From Tubulanus polymorphus (lineage: Eukaryota > Animalia > Nemertea), in NCBI RefSeq assembly GCF_964204645.1, contig NC_134026.1, forward strand, positions 25,516,150-25,580,149: DNA of 64,000 bases, given 5' to 3'. The position numbers were made by a program, and so were the translations under genes. Every line of letters begins with the position of its first letter. Positions within the stretch are counted from its first letter, which is position 1. This document shows positions 1 through 14,360 of the stretch, in pieces. Below the pieces are notes generated by a model. It ran no database searches. It saw only the letters and a program-made list of their open reading frames with translations, and was not told where the DNA came from.

Positions 1-3000
1 TCAGAATTAAAAGAATTGTAGCAAGGATTCAGACGGCTTGATGTGATATCGCATTATGTATCAGAAGGCTTCAAAAATTCGAATCTTAAAACATAACTTG
101 ACAGCGTTCTCCTGACGCCTATGGAATGTTGCTGGTCCCATGACACAAAAGGTCGTCCGAATAACATGACACCGAAAAAAAACGAATGTGCTACGTGTTT
201 ATTTTGTGAAGTAGCGTTGGAACGATTATGTATATATAAAGTAATGAGCTTCAATTGCATCTAATCTAAATAATGTAATTACATCTGAATATGTCAATTA
301 AACATAACATTTCCCCTATCATTAAGTATAAATACGGTCTATTATACATTCACAGACCATGGGAAAGTGTACAACAGCAATATTCCGCATGTGACCGTTA
401 AAAATCAAAAGTGTTTACTGCTAATGAAATAGAAATTGTATTGATGTTAATGCGGTATGTTGTCGCCATTTTGTTCATTTGACAAAAAAATACCCCGACT
501 TCTGACTGGCTCTGATCTCATCTCGTTACAGCAATGTAATCTGGTGTACTTCAACTCAATTTACCGCCTTATGGTGGCTCCATCTTTGGCGCCAAGATTC
601 AAATGTTATCATATTCGTGTAGGGAAATACAATGCAGAGGCATTAAAACTTCAATTTCAGATTCTATTCGTTTTAGATATTCTAGATTGATTGGATGAAG
701 TACGTGCTGCTATCGAAATAACATATATACTCAAATCTTTACTAACGTAGCGTCGATTTCAAGCTTACTCTCTGTCGAACGAGATATACGCTAACTACAG
801 TGGCATGCAGTGTCAAACTTTGACTTGAATTCACATCAAGCATTTTCATATACCCAGCACGAAGAGAAGTGAGCGATTGTTTTTGTGTAACATACATCTA
901 ATAATGTCATCCACAAGATCATATCGACGTGTCTCGACAGAAAAACACAAAGCTTCGGTCACTTCGCAAATAATCATAGCATTCTTTCGACTATTTAAAA
1001 TTCCACAATGCACTGACGGACAAGTCTTTGCAATTACTGTCCGGCAATGTCTTTGCTTAATATTCCAGGCAGTGGTAAGCAGATTTTCAGCTCTGGCTGG
1101 CCCCAATCACCGGGTAAATTTTATTGTTTTCCGTCCGCAGTATTGAATACCTTTGGACTGAGTGGTCATCGGCGGCGTCGTTGACATTCAACGCACATAT
1201 TTTGGAGGATTTCTACTTTTGCTTAGTTAATCAGCATGAAATTTTATTGAGGCTATGATTGTGTCCACCTGCGGATGTAATGAAGCCGAGACAGGCCGGC
1301 TGTGAATAGTGAGTGTGGACACCATCTCTCTCACCTTCGTTTTATTACCGACTCTGTGACAATATTTGAATCATGAAGTAAATTTTAAAATGTTAAGGTA
1401 ACATAATTTTTGAGAATTTCAATCGGAATTTAAAACTTCTTCAAATCAAAAAGATTAGCACTGTAAACATAGGATTTTTTCACCATAATGATCATTTAAT
1501 TTTTCCAATGGAAATTTTGATTTTTCAAAATTTCTTGATTGTGAGAGCATGTGACCAGTTATGTGGAATGAATAGAGAAGTGTGACTGACGTATAATTTT
1601 TGTAATCGTGGATGTACCAGAGACTACAGGCGTTAACTCGGTAATCATTTATCGTTTGGACTCGAGAGAGAAATAGCAGTTCATCAAAGCTTGAGGTCAG
1701 TGTGAGATGTGTTTTTATTCAATGCTTCATCCCGATCAGTCCGCTGTCAATATAATTCACGCCTTCGTCGTCGAATCTTGTGCTTTTAAGCCTGACGAGT
1801 TTTTTGATCAAAGTGCTATGTAACTTCATTGTGATTTTCCCGCGATCTCTCCCGTTGACGAGATCGTTTCAGCCGACCAGAAATAAGACGAAAAATCCAA
1901 TATTGAGAAAGTTCTTTATTCCCCGATGTCCGGAGATACCTGTAATCTAAAAATGACCAACGCTGTAATTTAGAAAATTGCTCCTGACAGCGGACGAAGT
2001 GAAATTACATTAGAATAGCCTTTCGCGGTCCAGCGTTGGAACTTGTCTGGACACTGCCGATAGCCAATCATCGCCGAGGCGCGTAAGCTGATGGAAAAAT
2101 AATAAATCGGTTGCCGAGCAACGCGCGATAGATCCAAACTGAACTGGACAGCGAATGAGATGAAGATAAAATTTTAGCCGACCTTAATAATTTGACATGT
2201 GATAGCACAATATGGTCGAGAATCGAGTGGAATCACATTCCCAACCACTGCTCCAATTACGTGATCGATTATCCGAAGAGAGGATGAGGAAGTAGTCCAA
2301 GACCGAGTAGAACTCGTACTTTTAATTCGGCGCTAAAGCTTTCGGTCGTCGGAATCTCAATTTTTCCCAATCGGGTATGTTCTTCCGGAGGTTGGGCCTG
2401 AAATGTTGTTTTTATTCGCGCGCTCGATAGAAATTGCGCCGTGCCGGTGAATCAATACTTGGCGCGAGCAAAGATAAAAATCGTTCCAAGCGAAAAATTC
2501 CGGATTTTCGCAGCCGGGCGATCGATATGGGATTTCTGCATTCTAATTCGATTTGCCACAAAATAGACGACTGTTTCTCTCACGGCACGTCTCCATTAAA
2601 TACACGGTCAGTACCGTCCACACCATCCGCGTGTATTATAATTTAATTCATCGCAGACATGCTGAACAAGCCGCGAAAACCGGACATTAGGTTTGTTTAC
2701 GACACCGGTAGGTCCTATCTATTAGCATCCCCTGAAAGCATTCCTAACCAGGCTTTTAGCCGGGCTAAATAATGAATGAAGATTTCACCAGTTTGACCAT
2801 TAAAGCATATTTATGTTCGTGGTCAGACTAACCACAAAATACTGCAAACGATTTAGCATTCGCGTCGGGAATATGTAATGGGCACTCTAGAAGATTGAAA
2901 TTGAAAATCCGCGCAATAAAACGCGCGCGCGTAACCATCATACATCTTATTCAAATTAGTATTCGTTCATTTCTTCTTGATAACACTCTGAATGACTGCA

Positions 3001-5959
3001 GGTGCAGGCTCTTGCAAAGAAACCTACTGGAGTTCAAAAGTATTATCGATACTTCTACAATTACAAAACGAATTTCACTTTTTTCTAGTTCGAGGTCATC
3101 CTCGAATTGGATGTTCTATTCACGAGGACCGTGAATTCCTTAATACCCTATTCTACGAAAACAAACGTAGAAGGTAAACATCTGGTACGAATCTATTCTG
3201 AAAAAAGGATTGTATCCAATATAGATATAAAATATACATGTTTTAAGGGTATTTTGCTAGTGCTCTCGTCATCGGGTCGTCTCGTGTTACTGCTCAGTAA
3301 GCAGATCAGGTCCGTCGCATATATATCATTTCATATCTGTCCACTTCAATGGCAAAAGGACAGTGTTTTTCATTTGCTAACTTCATATGTTGATAACTTG
3401 GCCGCGTACTGCGAATAAGCAATTGCCGTCTTTTTTGTTCGCCTCTTTCAAGTATCCGTTTTCGTTTCCGCCAATTTTGTCGATGAGGTCGAATGAAACT
3501 GGTCACTGTTCCGTCACGTTTATAGCTAAACCTGCATGACCATAACCCGTCACATGCAGTTGAATTATTTCCTTGATGTATATATACAACAAATTGGCAA
3601 GTTTTGATTATCATATTTTGCCAATTTAGACTTTGTCGCCGACGGTAACCCGTACAGCGATTGAAGTCCACCGTGTAGCTGGTCGTGACAAGGTACTGGC
3701 CAATTCCCCGCGGATTAAAATATATGGAAAAACACAGACATGGTCAGCATGTCCTCTGTTCACGACACCGAGACGAGATTGCTATCATTATATTCAGTGT
3801 GATTTATTGTTTCGAAGTTTCCGTATAAGATATCTTCTTATATAACGAGCGGCATCGTTCGAGCAATCGGTTGAGATATGAGAAACCTTCACCATGAAGC
3901 TATAAAAATAACAAAACACTCATAAATACACGATAGTCTTGATGAATCGTTGGCAATCAGTTCTAATTCTTTACATTCACATTTTGACTAAAAGCTTGAA
4001 TTAATCAAACTCGATTCATCAAACATGCATGTACCTCCATAGAGATCTTCTTTAAAAAAAGAAAAAGATTACAAAATGAAATGGAAAACTAACAATTATT
4101 ACTAGCACCAGTGACTCTGGTTTATCACAAAATTTCCTTCACCCTTTTATTAGAAATATATAGCGATGAGCGGTAAAAATGAAACGTGCATGCCATCAGG
4201 AACACTCTAAGGGATAATCTGCTTATTAATCATAGTCTTTCTAGAATATTTGTCACTGAACATTTTATTACGGCGACCGTGTTTTTGTGAGCATATTCGT
4301 GCTCGCCATTCTTTTGACCATCAAAGTTTAATACCGTCCGGTCGATGCTCGTATACTTTGAAGTCAGAAAATCAGTTTTGCTGGTGCATTAATTCTCAGC
4401 TCCTGGGAATCTGTCTTTGAAGCGAATAAAGCTTCTTTTTGCTGCGTACTTGACCAATGCCCATCACGTCCGCGTCGCGCTATTATAAACATTAATTATA
4501 AATTTCATATATCACCCGGCTTTATGGCATCCGGCGAAGCTATTCCAAATATCCCGTATTGAATGTGCTTTGAACAGACGGCAGAATGAGTTATTCGCGA
4601 AGGGCATTTCGATCTCGAGAACTGGACAACTTAGCCGACAAATAAATTTTCTTGAAAGCCGATATGGCGTTTCTTGAAGAAAGAAAGAATGTGAAGTGAG
4701 CTGGCCGACATATATTTATAACTCACCGCAACGAGCTGGTATTTGATAACTAGCTGACATATTTCAGTCAGCGTTCCTTATCATCGACTATTTATTACTC
4801 ACCATCAATTCTGAATATGAAAACAGCTTTTTATCGTTAAAACGATTTTATAAGTTGTAATTGAAAAATAGATATTTTGGCGTATGTCGAGTGCTTTAAA
4901 AATAAGATGTGCGTATAAAGATTGCCGAGAAAATTTTGTACAGGAAAAATACTCGGGGCTGTGAAAGCTTGCAGAATTCTTCTTTAAAATATGCAGCTAC
5001 GTGGATCGAAACGGTAGGAAAAGATGAGTCAGATATTGCCTGAAATTGACCGGTAGTGGACTGTCCGTGTGCTTGGAGCTTCTTCGGAAATGGAACATCC
5101 TTTTAATCTGATTAAACCATGTCGTGATTTTGGACAATGTCGTTTGAGAGTAATCGCGCAAAATGAGGTGGACGTGAACTTCAAACATAGTGCGACGTCG
5201 ATTCGGAGCTACTATGAAAGATGGACTCTTAATGACCAGACAGATACATCACTACACGAACTGCGCTCAAATTCTTAAAGGATATAAAAGATTCCCATTA
5301 TCACGCTTATCGTGAACTCACCAGGTTCAATTTCGGCAGTATGCTTAAATCCAAAGTGCCAATTCGATGGAAGATTTTAAATATCAATTTTGCGTCGAAA
5401 AGAAGTAGAATATACATAGAATATACTTTAAAAGCAACATCCTCTACTGCTATAGGAATCTATATTCAATTATGCATTCAATGGATAGTTCCGAATTCTT
5501 GGTTATCGGTATGAATTTTATCAAAATCACATCGCACACCGAAAGATGTCAACGCCTTTGACTCGTTCTTGCCGTACAGGATCCCCTCTAGGTATTCGAT
5601 TCACGAAACCGTTTGTCCACGAAGTATATGGTAAACATGAAAACGAAAAGAATAATGTCAAAGAGCATCGAAGAAATAATAATTACCCGTGATCAAAGCA
5701 ATGTGAATAAACATAAAATCTCGAGAAAAACTGTCCACTGCATGGATTATCCATTTGTTGGCCATTAACGCTTAGACCGGCATTGGCCAGCTGAGATTAC
5801 ACAAACCAGATTCTACGAAATGGAGAAAGCGCGCATTATTCTCTAATAGGATTCGGACTCGGCGGGAAAGATTACTCCTCAACGACCAACGAGGGGAGAA
5901 GTCAAATTAAGCACGCCTGTCCAGTTAATCGCGGAGATGGGTAACAATTGTCAATATAC

Positions 5960-6103
5960 CTTGTGAAATATAGGATGGGCTCGGATAGTCGTTATTTGGC
6001 TATAGATAACCATGTAGTTGAAACGGTGAAATCGACGCCTCGCGTCGTTTTGACGTTTCATCCGCATAAGTTCATCCCCGTCGACAAAGATGGATTCACT
6101 GAT
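5960..6103 (-). CDS. Candidate internal coding exon (48 codons, phase 0/0), product unknown
   Basis: Minus-strand acceptor ttttcattttcag| at 6104-6116 and donor AAG|GTATAT at 5960/5959. The 144 nt are open only in phase 0: ISESIFVDGDELMRMKRQNDARRRFHRFNYMVIYSQITTIRAHPIFHK. No homology recognised. Confidence 0.17.
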
Positions 6104-9100
6104 CTGAAAATGAAAACTGCAACATATGTTTTCTGTCGCATAAAATACAGACATTTTCTCCTTCTGAAGTGCAAATACTCGGTTTTATATATTGTATTGC
6201 AGGCGACGGTTGAAGTACACTTAATTATCTTTTTTGTCAAGAGCCGAGGACTGTTGACTCGTTTCATGAATATTTAATCGAAGGAAATGGTGTCCACCTT
6301 TGGCCATTACAATGGCCATTACTGGCGGCGGACCGCTGGGGTACACTTCGTTTTCTGATGACCAAACATTAAAAGCGACTTTATGCAGTGTGAAAGTGAC
6401 TCAAGGTTGGAAATGGACGGTCAAACATCATGCACACACGAGCGGGCACATCATGGTTAAGCAAAACCCAATCTTAGATATAAGCATATACAGCTTCGTA
6501 AATTGACCCGATACTTCTTTTTTAGAACTAGATGACATCTTAGGTTATATCATTTTATGAGAATTTCATAGCGTATCAATCGCTTGACTAACAAATCTCA
6601 TCAGCCTTAAATATTGACTGAGTCCAAATAACAGATACAGTAAATACCAATATCCGAAAAATGACGAACTGAACTACTAACAAAGAACGCGTTCGTATTT
6701 TGGGACGCAAATGAAGAAAAGAAAATTAATTGCGATCGCAGTTCAATAAACGGACAGCCCAAAAAACATTTGAGTATTTATTACAAGGGGATTTATCTTG
6801 TCCGGCAACGGCTATCTATCATTGCGCGATGACCAATTGCGGCTTAAACAACATCTCACGAGACAGTGTCCCCGGGGAGTGTCCAGTTCATTTTCTTCAC
6901 CGCTGTTTTTCGCGAATACAATACATTACGTCATTAAATATGGACAAGTCGGTGTCCGCTATAAACCGATCAAAACAATGCCGCATGTTAATCTTTTCGA
7001 TTACCGCAGATCATCTTTGCGCATTGGTGATCGTCGATTCTCATAAAGTCTTAATAACGTCTCAAGCGATGAAGCTTTTCCCCAGTTAACCAATGACCAT
7101 TAACTACTACTGCAGGTTTCCGCGGATTTCGCAGCGTCGATTTTTGACCGAATCTTCGAATAGGCCTAAACATACAAATTCAGAAATTATATAATGATTC
7201 GATATTTGTTCGTATAGTTTATTCACACGGGATGGAATAAGTTCGTGATACTGTCAGAAGCAGAACTCTGCAAGTGATTATTTGAAATCCTGATTGTAGA
7301 AAAAGCTTATCACGAGTAAAAAAATCATCTTCGTGGCCGCATTGTTCTCATCCGTACGACATTTTTCATCGAGAACCTTTCACTCGATGTTCAACACGTC
7401 TCGTGGGCATTCGGTATCGATCTAGCGTTTGAGCGAAGAGTTTGACAAATGAAGCGATAGAAATCACACAGTAAATTTCACTCGACAAGTTGAAAAATCA
7501 TTAAATAAATGAATAGCGCAAGGTTTCCTTGTTTCACGGGATAGAACTTCATCAACGATAGTCGTCGCCTCCTCGCTCGGGGAAATCGATTTCATCGGTT
7601 TCCCTTCTACCTTACAAAAAAACTATGCGAATCTGTTCTAGGACGCGCAACATCAGGTCTCTGTGACAAAAAGTCTAGAAGAGATGACTTAACTTCTTTT
7701 ATCTTTTTTCTTCTGGTATTCTTTTTTATTCCACAGTAAAAAAACCCAGGCCTCGCTGTAGGTCTACACTACGCAATCCCATTAAGAACATGTAAGTGAA
7801 ATTGCAAGACAACGTGACCACACACATGTGGAATTATCAGACCTCCTTTTACTTGTATACGTTTATATACCTGAATACTCGTATTTCTATTCTAGCAATA
7901 TATAACAATATTGTTTGCGATATTTGCAGTGACAAAATTGTAACATTTTCAGAGTATGACATCAAATATTCATGGAAACCATGTCCATCTTCGTTATCGT
8001 AAAGGCGCACAATGGTCAATCCCATGGCGTTTATCGGAATAGAAGATGTGAACTGAAATATACCATTGTGTAATAACGGATCGCGTGAAAATATTAGGAT
8101 AACCGAACAACTTTTAGTGTAAAAAAGAGGGCAATCCAAAGTTTTTGCCAGGTAATAGATTGACCATGCGGCGGTTCTTAAGAAATGGCTCTAGTTACAA
8201 GAAGGCTGAATTGTTGAACAGCTTTGGCCTAAAATAAAAAGGAAATGCCTTGAAATCTTGAAACTCTACACTAGAGAATCATGTCGTCCCTTCAGCATAA
8301 GAAGTACAAGACAGAAAGTTTTATTTATATCTTCTGTTCTTTATTAATAATCCTTTTGATATCAGTTACCATTCGCAAACTTTCCCAAAACCTTCAAATA
8401 TTCATAAGAACTAAACAAAGGTCTGAAGTCGCTGATATTTTGTTTAAGAAGAAGAACTCCAAATTATCTCCCACCATTCGGCACTCAGCCTGAAAATAAA
8501 ATAATTTCATCGATAAACAAGGAGTGTAATTTAGTCGAGTGCCAGTTGTTTAACGGTTCCATCATCGAAAAAAATGTTACATGCATATGATTGAATAATT
8601 TATAAAGGTCTATTCCCAATGAGTCAACCGCGTGGTCAGTTATTGCTGAAGTAAAAAGCCATCAGTCGCATTACATATTCGAATCATGAAATTAATTGCA
8701 TACAAAGTTAATAAGGCGAGTCGATTTAGTACAGAGCGAAGGGGTATTTTTCACCTTTTTGAGAGGTATATTCAATCAAGGCGAACCGTCTGAAGTGTAG
8801 GATCGACAAACACTCCACCACAAACCCGGCAATGGGCTACTAAACTCCATGTAGCGACTTGAGCAAAATTTAAGTGCTGTCAGAAGGAAGAAGCCTCTCC
8901 AGGCCGGCCAGAGGAAACTGAATTCAGTCAACAGCTTTTAGCTGGATTAATGGTCAAACGACGGGTTCATTTATGGCGAGTGACTTTGACGAGGTGTAAT
9001 GGCATTTTTCAGAAAAATTATGGGCTTTTCACAGCAAAATCTACAGGGATAAAATGGAATGGCTTGATAAGGGGCTCTTGAGGTTCCATACGGCAATAAA

Positions 9101-11205
9101 AATTTCCTGGCTCGATGACCAACTGAATAAACACCTCTGCAAATGACGCTATCAATACATAGACATGATGGCACGCATGCTAAAGACGTGTTCGACTACT
9201 TCACGCATAAATGTTTCTCGGTTTTCTTGCATGACTAGAATTTTACAGTCGCAAACACCGCCGGTCAGTTTATAATGTATGTTACAATAGAAAGACAATC
9301 GCAGCTTCACGAGCAGCGTGACTTCGACGAAAAGGGATGAACTAATATACACGAGATATTAAAATCACAAAAGTACCATCAATCTAGATAACCCATATCC
9401 CCCAAGTCATTAGCGCGACCTAGCCTAAACATACTGCGCATCGGCATTCCATTAGATCCGAGCTAAATCTCACGAATGATTTCACTTCCTGATTGTAACG
9501 ATTTTTATGATAAATAGTTCTTCACAAAACTATTTAAAAAGGTCATATTATTCATACGACGGCCGAAATAGAAACTGAAATCTTTAGCGAGCGCCGCATG
9601 AAGGGAAGAGATTTTAAAAGAGAATGATTAATGTTACTGGTCACGATGATAATGATAAATGTACGGAGATGGACTTAAATGCCAACGGACACTGGGGATG
9701 GACGATGGTTCTTTTGATCTGAGCACTGATTGAATTTTATCTATTTCATGATGATCTACGCCAGCGGTGCGAATGAAATTCACCCAATGGTCATTACGGC
9801 AACGCTGGAAAAATGATGAACGATGCCAGGTGAGCCGGAAGACATAATGCACTCGCCTATTGGAATTCTGTGAAATACAATTGACCATAAAAATGGATGC
9901 CCACTCGCATGAAATATACATGCGCAAATATTTCTTTCTGGAAATCTCCAGTAAAGTATCCGCGTAAGATTCATTCACGGACAAATGAAAAAAATGCTGA
10001 TATTAATCCCAACTTTATATCAAATTCGCTTAATATGCAATGCGACCATGCGACGTTATATTTTTTAGTCGGGTTAATCTTCATATTGCTCCTGGTCGTT
10101 TAGCTGTCCGATCACATCAATTTGGCTACGATGGTCAGATTTGACCCAATGATTACGCTGTAATTACATCAGAACTGACCGGGCTAAGGTTTATCAACAG
10201 ATCCCCGCAGTCGCGCGACTAAAAGATACCCGCGTAAATATTATTGAAATGATCCTCCACGTCAAGCAATTCATCTCGGACTCTTGATAAACACGATAAC
10301 CGCACTCACTATATTTTAGAGTGACCAAGAATTTATCTTGATGGACAACATTTCACGAAGACGATTATATTTATTAGGGATCGCCACAGATAAGAAAATC
10401 CATTTGCATAACGAATGTAGCTAATTTTGCGTGTACGAACGAACGTATTGATTACGTTAAAAACGAGCGTCCAGCAATTATAGTCTTTCACTGTATCGAG
10501 TATGACGTCCACTTAGACCCATTTCTACACTGCCAAAGGACCCAATCCAACTGCAACTGATTTCATTTGAAGTGGCCGCTTTGGTGCAAATAAATATATC
10601 ATATGTCCGGCTTGAGACGAAATGTACGGTCATCGTTGGAATCTTAAAATTATTGTCAATTTACGTGCGCGGTACTTGGCATGAAAAATTACCGCGTCTG
10701 AAATTATTTCATTTGTCAGATGTTTGACAAGGACGCGATCAGATGACCAGTGAAGTGGGCATTTTGATAACGCAATTTGTCAAGTTAGCGGGCGTCAATG
10801 GCGTACACAGGCGTACACATTTCGCGCTGATGAAATCTCGCGTCGCCTAATGGCAAATATCGCACGGAAAAGTTTTCACGACAAATGAAATGTAATGCGA
10901 GGAATCTCGCTTTTCCATCAGTCGTATAGGTCACGATAACTACAGTCAGCGATAAAAATTAGCAGTACTTTATGCTGGTACTGTATCTTTCATCAAAGAA
11001 GGATGGATCAAAGACTTTGAACGACGCGGATAAGTTTTTTACTTTACGAATATTCTCTTCATTTTCTATTGTATCGTCGACGATAGAAAAACAAAAAGTA
11101 ATTCAAGAAATCGTCGCAACAGCGGCCGACAAACTACTATCAGATCGCGTTAGTGAAACCCTTGTCAGTAGATGATAAATAACTAAACGCTGGGTTTGGT
11201 TTCTA

Positions 11206-11226
11206 CAGCAGCAGCAGCAGCAGCAG
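11206..11226. repeat. (CAG)7 microsatellite
   Basis: Seven perfect CAG units read directly. Confidence 0.9.
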
Positions 11227-14200
11227 TGACCGGGATGCGAAACGAATGAAGCGAAGTTCATTAATACGAGTAAATGAGATCATTAATGGGCAGAGAGTAG
11301 AGAATGATAGTGACACGAGTAGTGATTGAAGGTCATTCTCACAACAACGAAAAAGTTTATTTTCATTCGCATCGTTATTTTTCAGATCAATTGCAACCGA
11401 TCCCCGTTCAATTACCGAAGGCTGTCCGATGATTGGACACGGCTCCGTAAGTGAAAGGGACAAGGTTATGTTTTGCGAACTGACCGTTGCTAAGTGGCTA
11501 TAATATCAGACCAATCTGTGGTCATCCGCTCACAATCCGGCTGCATTTGTAACTAATAAAAGGATGAGATGACCACAGTTAAAAATGCATCAGATTTTAT
11601 TGCCGTGTGACACGTTTTGACGTGTCGTGACAAATTCTATTTGTCCCTTTATTAACAAGTAATATCGAAGGTAGCTGCTCCAATTAAGGCGTTGGACATT
11701 TTTGCTGAATTCGCGATCCTATAAACTTTTCGTTTTCATACGATAATAACTTCTTATGGATGCGAATGATCTAGAACTATTGCTGTAAAGCTTTTAAAAA
11801 TTCATTTATCAATTTCGGTTTAATGTATATATTGCGATGACATTTAACCCGGCTAAACATGCCGGAAGCATCACTACGGGCAGCAATTCTATTTTATACA
11901 TAACTACCAGAATAAATACACCTTATTTAAAATAAAAGGCTTTTAGCATTTTCTAAAAGTAATATCTACACCAAAAGTTTCAACATCAAACGCTCACTTC
12001 AAAAAAACAATACACATTTTCACAGCCAATATTAGATGCCACACTTAATGCGAATTAAAGATCACAAGACTGAAATTCAAAATCAAACGCCGATTACAAA
12101 TTAAATATCGATTTTTGAGTCAACCTCAGTATCATATAAGAATATCCTAATGGCATCTTGCAAAACATCACACGCAAAGACAATAATACATAACAATAAA
12201 CAAGATACTGGTGCTTTAATCTTCCAGCTGAGCAAGTAATATTGAATTTAGTCTCAGAATAAGGCGTTTATTTGCATCAGATAGGAGAGAATTTTAAGTA
12301 ATGAAAAACGTCTGAAGAAACGAGAAATGCAGCATCGATTTTACAATTTAATCCAATAACATATTACATTCTTGCCTGCGATCAAAAGCTTCGGTTGAAA
12401 TATTTTTACTAAAATTTAGAAGCCCTTCAATCTTTTACGTAATTCGACTATTATCGAATGATATCTTTTGGTGAATGATTTTATAAATAGAGCTGTAAGT
12501 CAAGATATAAATGCCATATTAAGTATCAAAATAAATTGATTTTTTAACGGAAAAGAGCTGTTACATCTAGAACATTCTTCGTTTATCTTATCAATTGGCG
12601 CAGAACGAGAACTCAAAGAGAACCTGATAAAACATTGTAGTTGAGATGCACGAAATGGCTTCTTTTATTTAAAACGTTTTTGTCAAAACGTTCTCGATGG
12701 TTCGTCAGCGTTTCGATATAACGAACGTCTACATTCGAAAATCATTTCTCAGATATATTCATCGAGGCAGATTTGATGCCTGCTCGATTTAGAAGGACAC
12801 CGAATATAGAGAATTAAGAAGTTTAAAAGTTGGCTAAACTGGTCTGACATGAAAACTATCGCAGTTGACTATCAACAATCGAATAGGCCTATTAATTGGG
12901 AGATTATTTATTTAAACGGTCCTATATATTCAGGTAGGTAGGTAGATGATGAAAAAAATGGTGAGCGTCTTGAGTTGAAACAGATGCGACTGAGTTTGAT
13001 GGTCACTTTAGATCAAGTAGTAATTACTCCATGGGGTCTATGTTACGATCTGTGACAAGCGCTAACTGCACGTTCTCTCATCTAATGACAGGATTCTCCA
13101 ATTTTGCGAATTTCTCGCTGCCGGGCGATTTTCACTCGTTTTCCCATTACCATTAAGGCTGGGAAATAAGTATAAATGGATTCGATCGTGAATGTATTCC
13201 AGACTGGACTCTCGAACAATTAGATATGGACAGAAAAAGACAATTCTGAGACTATTGAGCGAAGCAAATGGCTCTCCGAGGACTGGAAACGGCTGGAATA
13301 GAAATTCTATGACCGACACTTAGATGCGCAGGGCCATTTGGAAATTAAAAGATACATACTAGTCAACAGATAAGGATTATCAGACAGAGAACAGACAAAG
13401 GTCCACGTGCTCTCTTATGTCTAAGACCGGTAAAGATCGCATAACTTTTGACTAATTACCCGATGAATAGCAAACGGACAAAGGTAACGATTAAGTCCAG
13501 TATTTCCTGAAGTCGATGTGCACCGGTGATGTATTATGTTTTATGAAGATCTAGAGGAAATGACTTCCGGGTTCTAGAATTTGTTCCGCTGCAGGAATCA
13601 GAAGCCAAAAACAAAAATAATTACCTCATCCGAATCCGAAAATAGAACTTAGAACTGAAAAATCATAGTAAGAAATATGAAAAATTTTGAAAATTAAGAT
13701 CAGTCATGTCCGGTTTTACGTCGACTTATAAACCTTTTTGCACCATTTGTTCATGACTGAGGATCATATGTCATTAAAATAAAAACATGTATGCAACCAA
13801 TATCTATAAAAAGTCAGGTGCAGATGATCAGTGCTTTTTTCGTTATTTCATTTAAGTAAAAGCCTACGTATTTGGCAGAAATAAAGGTGTTGCCATGGTG
13901 AAATCAGAAATACGAGCCAAGTAGATTTGATTCAGATAAAAGAACTGATTAAAGGCTGCCCAAGGTGACAATTCATATCCAAGATGAGCTCAAAATTCAC
14001 GACAAAGCTGAAAACGAATCAATGTGTCGATGAAACAGAAAAGCTTATAACGTCCGATCTCTTTGACATGTTCTAACCGAAATTACAGCATTTTTTTTAC
14101 ATCCTAGAAAATCAGTTAAATGCCACGTCGTTCTCTCTTTTTTAAAATGCTAATTTTTCATAATTACAACGAACAACTACGACGTATGTAATTTCAGTTG

Positions 14201-14264
14201 AAACGTCATTTCTGGTTATTTCCGAGAAATATCTACATCAATTTGTCGACACTGGTAGATTAAC

Positions 14265-14360
14265 CTCCACGCCCCTGGTGAACCGAACACTGTTTTCACC
14301 GCTCCAATTGGCCGGGTTAGTCCAGCTTTCATGTCCAGTGAACGTGCCCTCGGGCGACGT
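14265..14360 (-). CDS. Candidate 96-nt symmetric exon, product unknown
   Basis: GC-rich island bounded by minus-strand ataatttcag| and GAG|GTTAAT (weak donor). Open in phase 0 (TSPEGTFTGHESWTNPANWSGENSVRFTRGVE) and phase 1. Confidence 0.13.

Noticed and set aside
2183-2397. Minus-strand acceptor/donor-bounded segment as a coding exon
   Set aside because: All three frames contain stops; at most a UTR exon.
5778-5799. miR-216-like TAATCTCAGCTGG on the minus strand
   Set aside because: Only 13 nt match and there is no complementary star arm.
7849-8139. 96-aa minus ORF with a donor near 7870
   Set aside because: TTG start, in-frame stop between it and the nearest good acceptor (~8229), no homology recognised.
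9634-9984. 116-aa minus ORF as a pseudogene
   Set aside because: No family motif recognised and no supporting splice signals.
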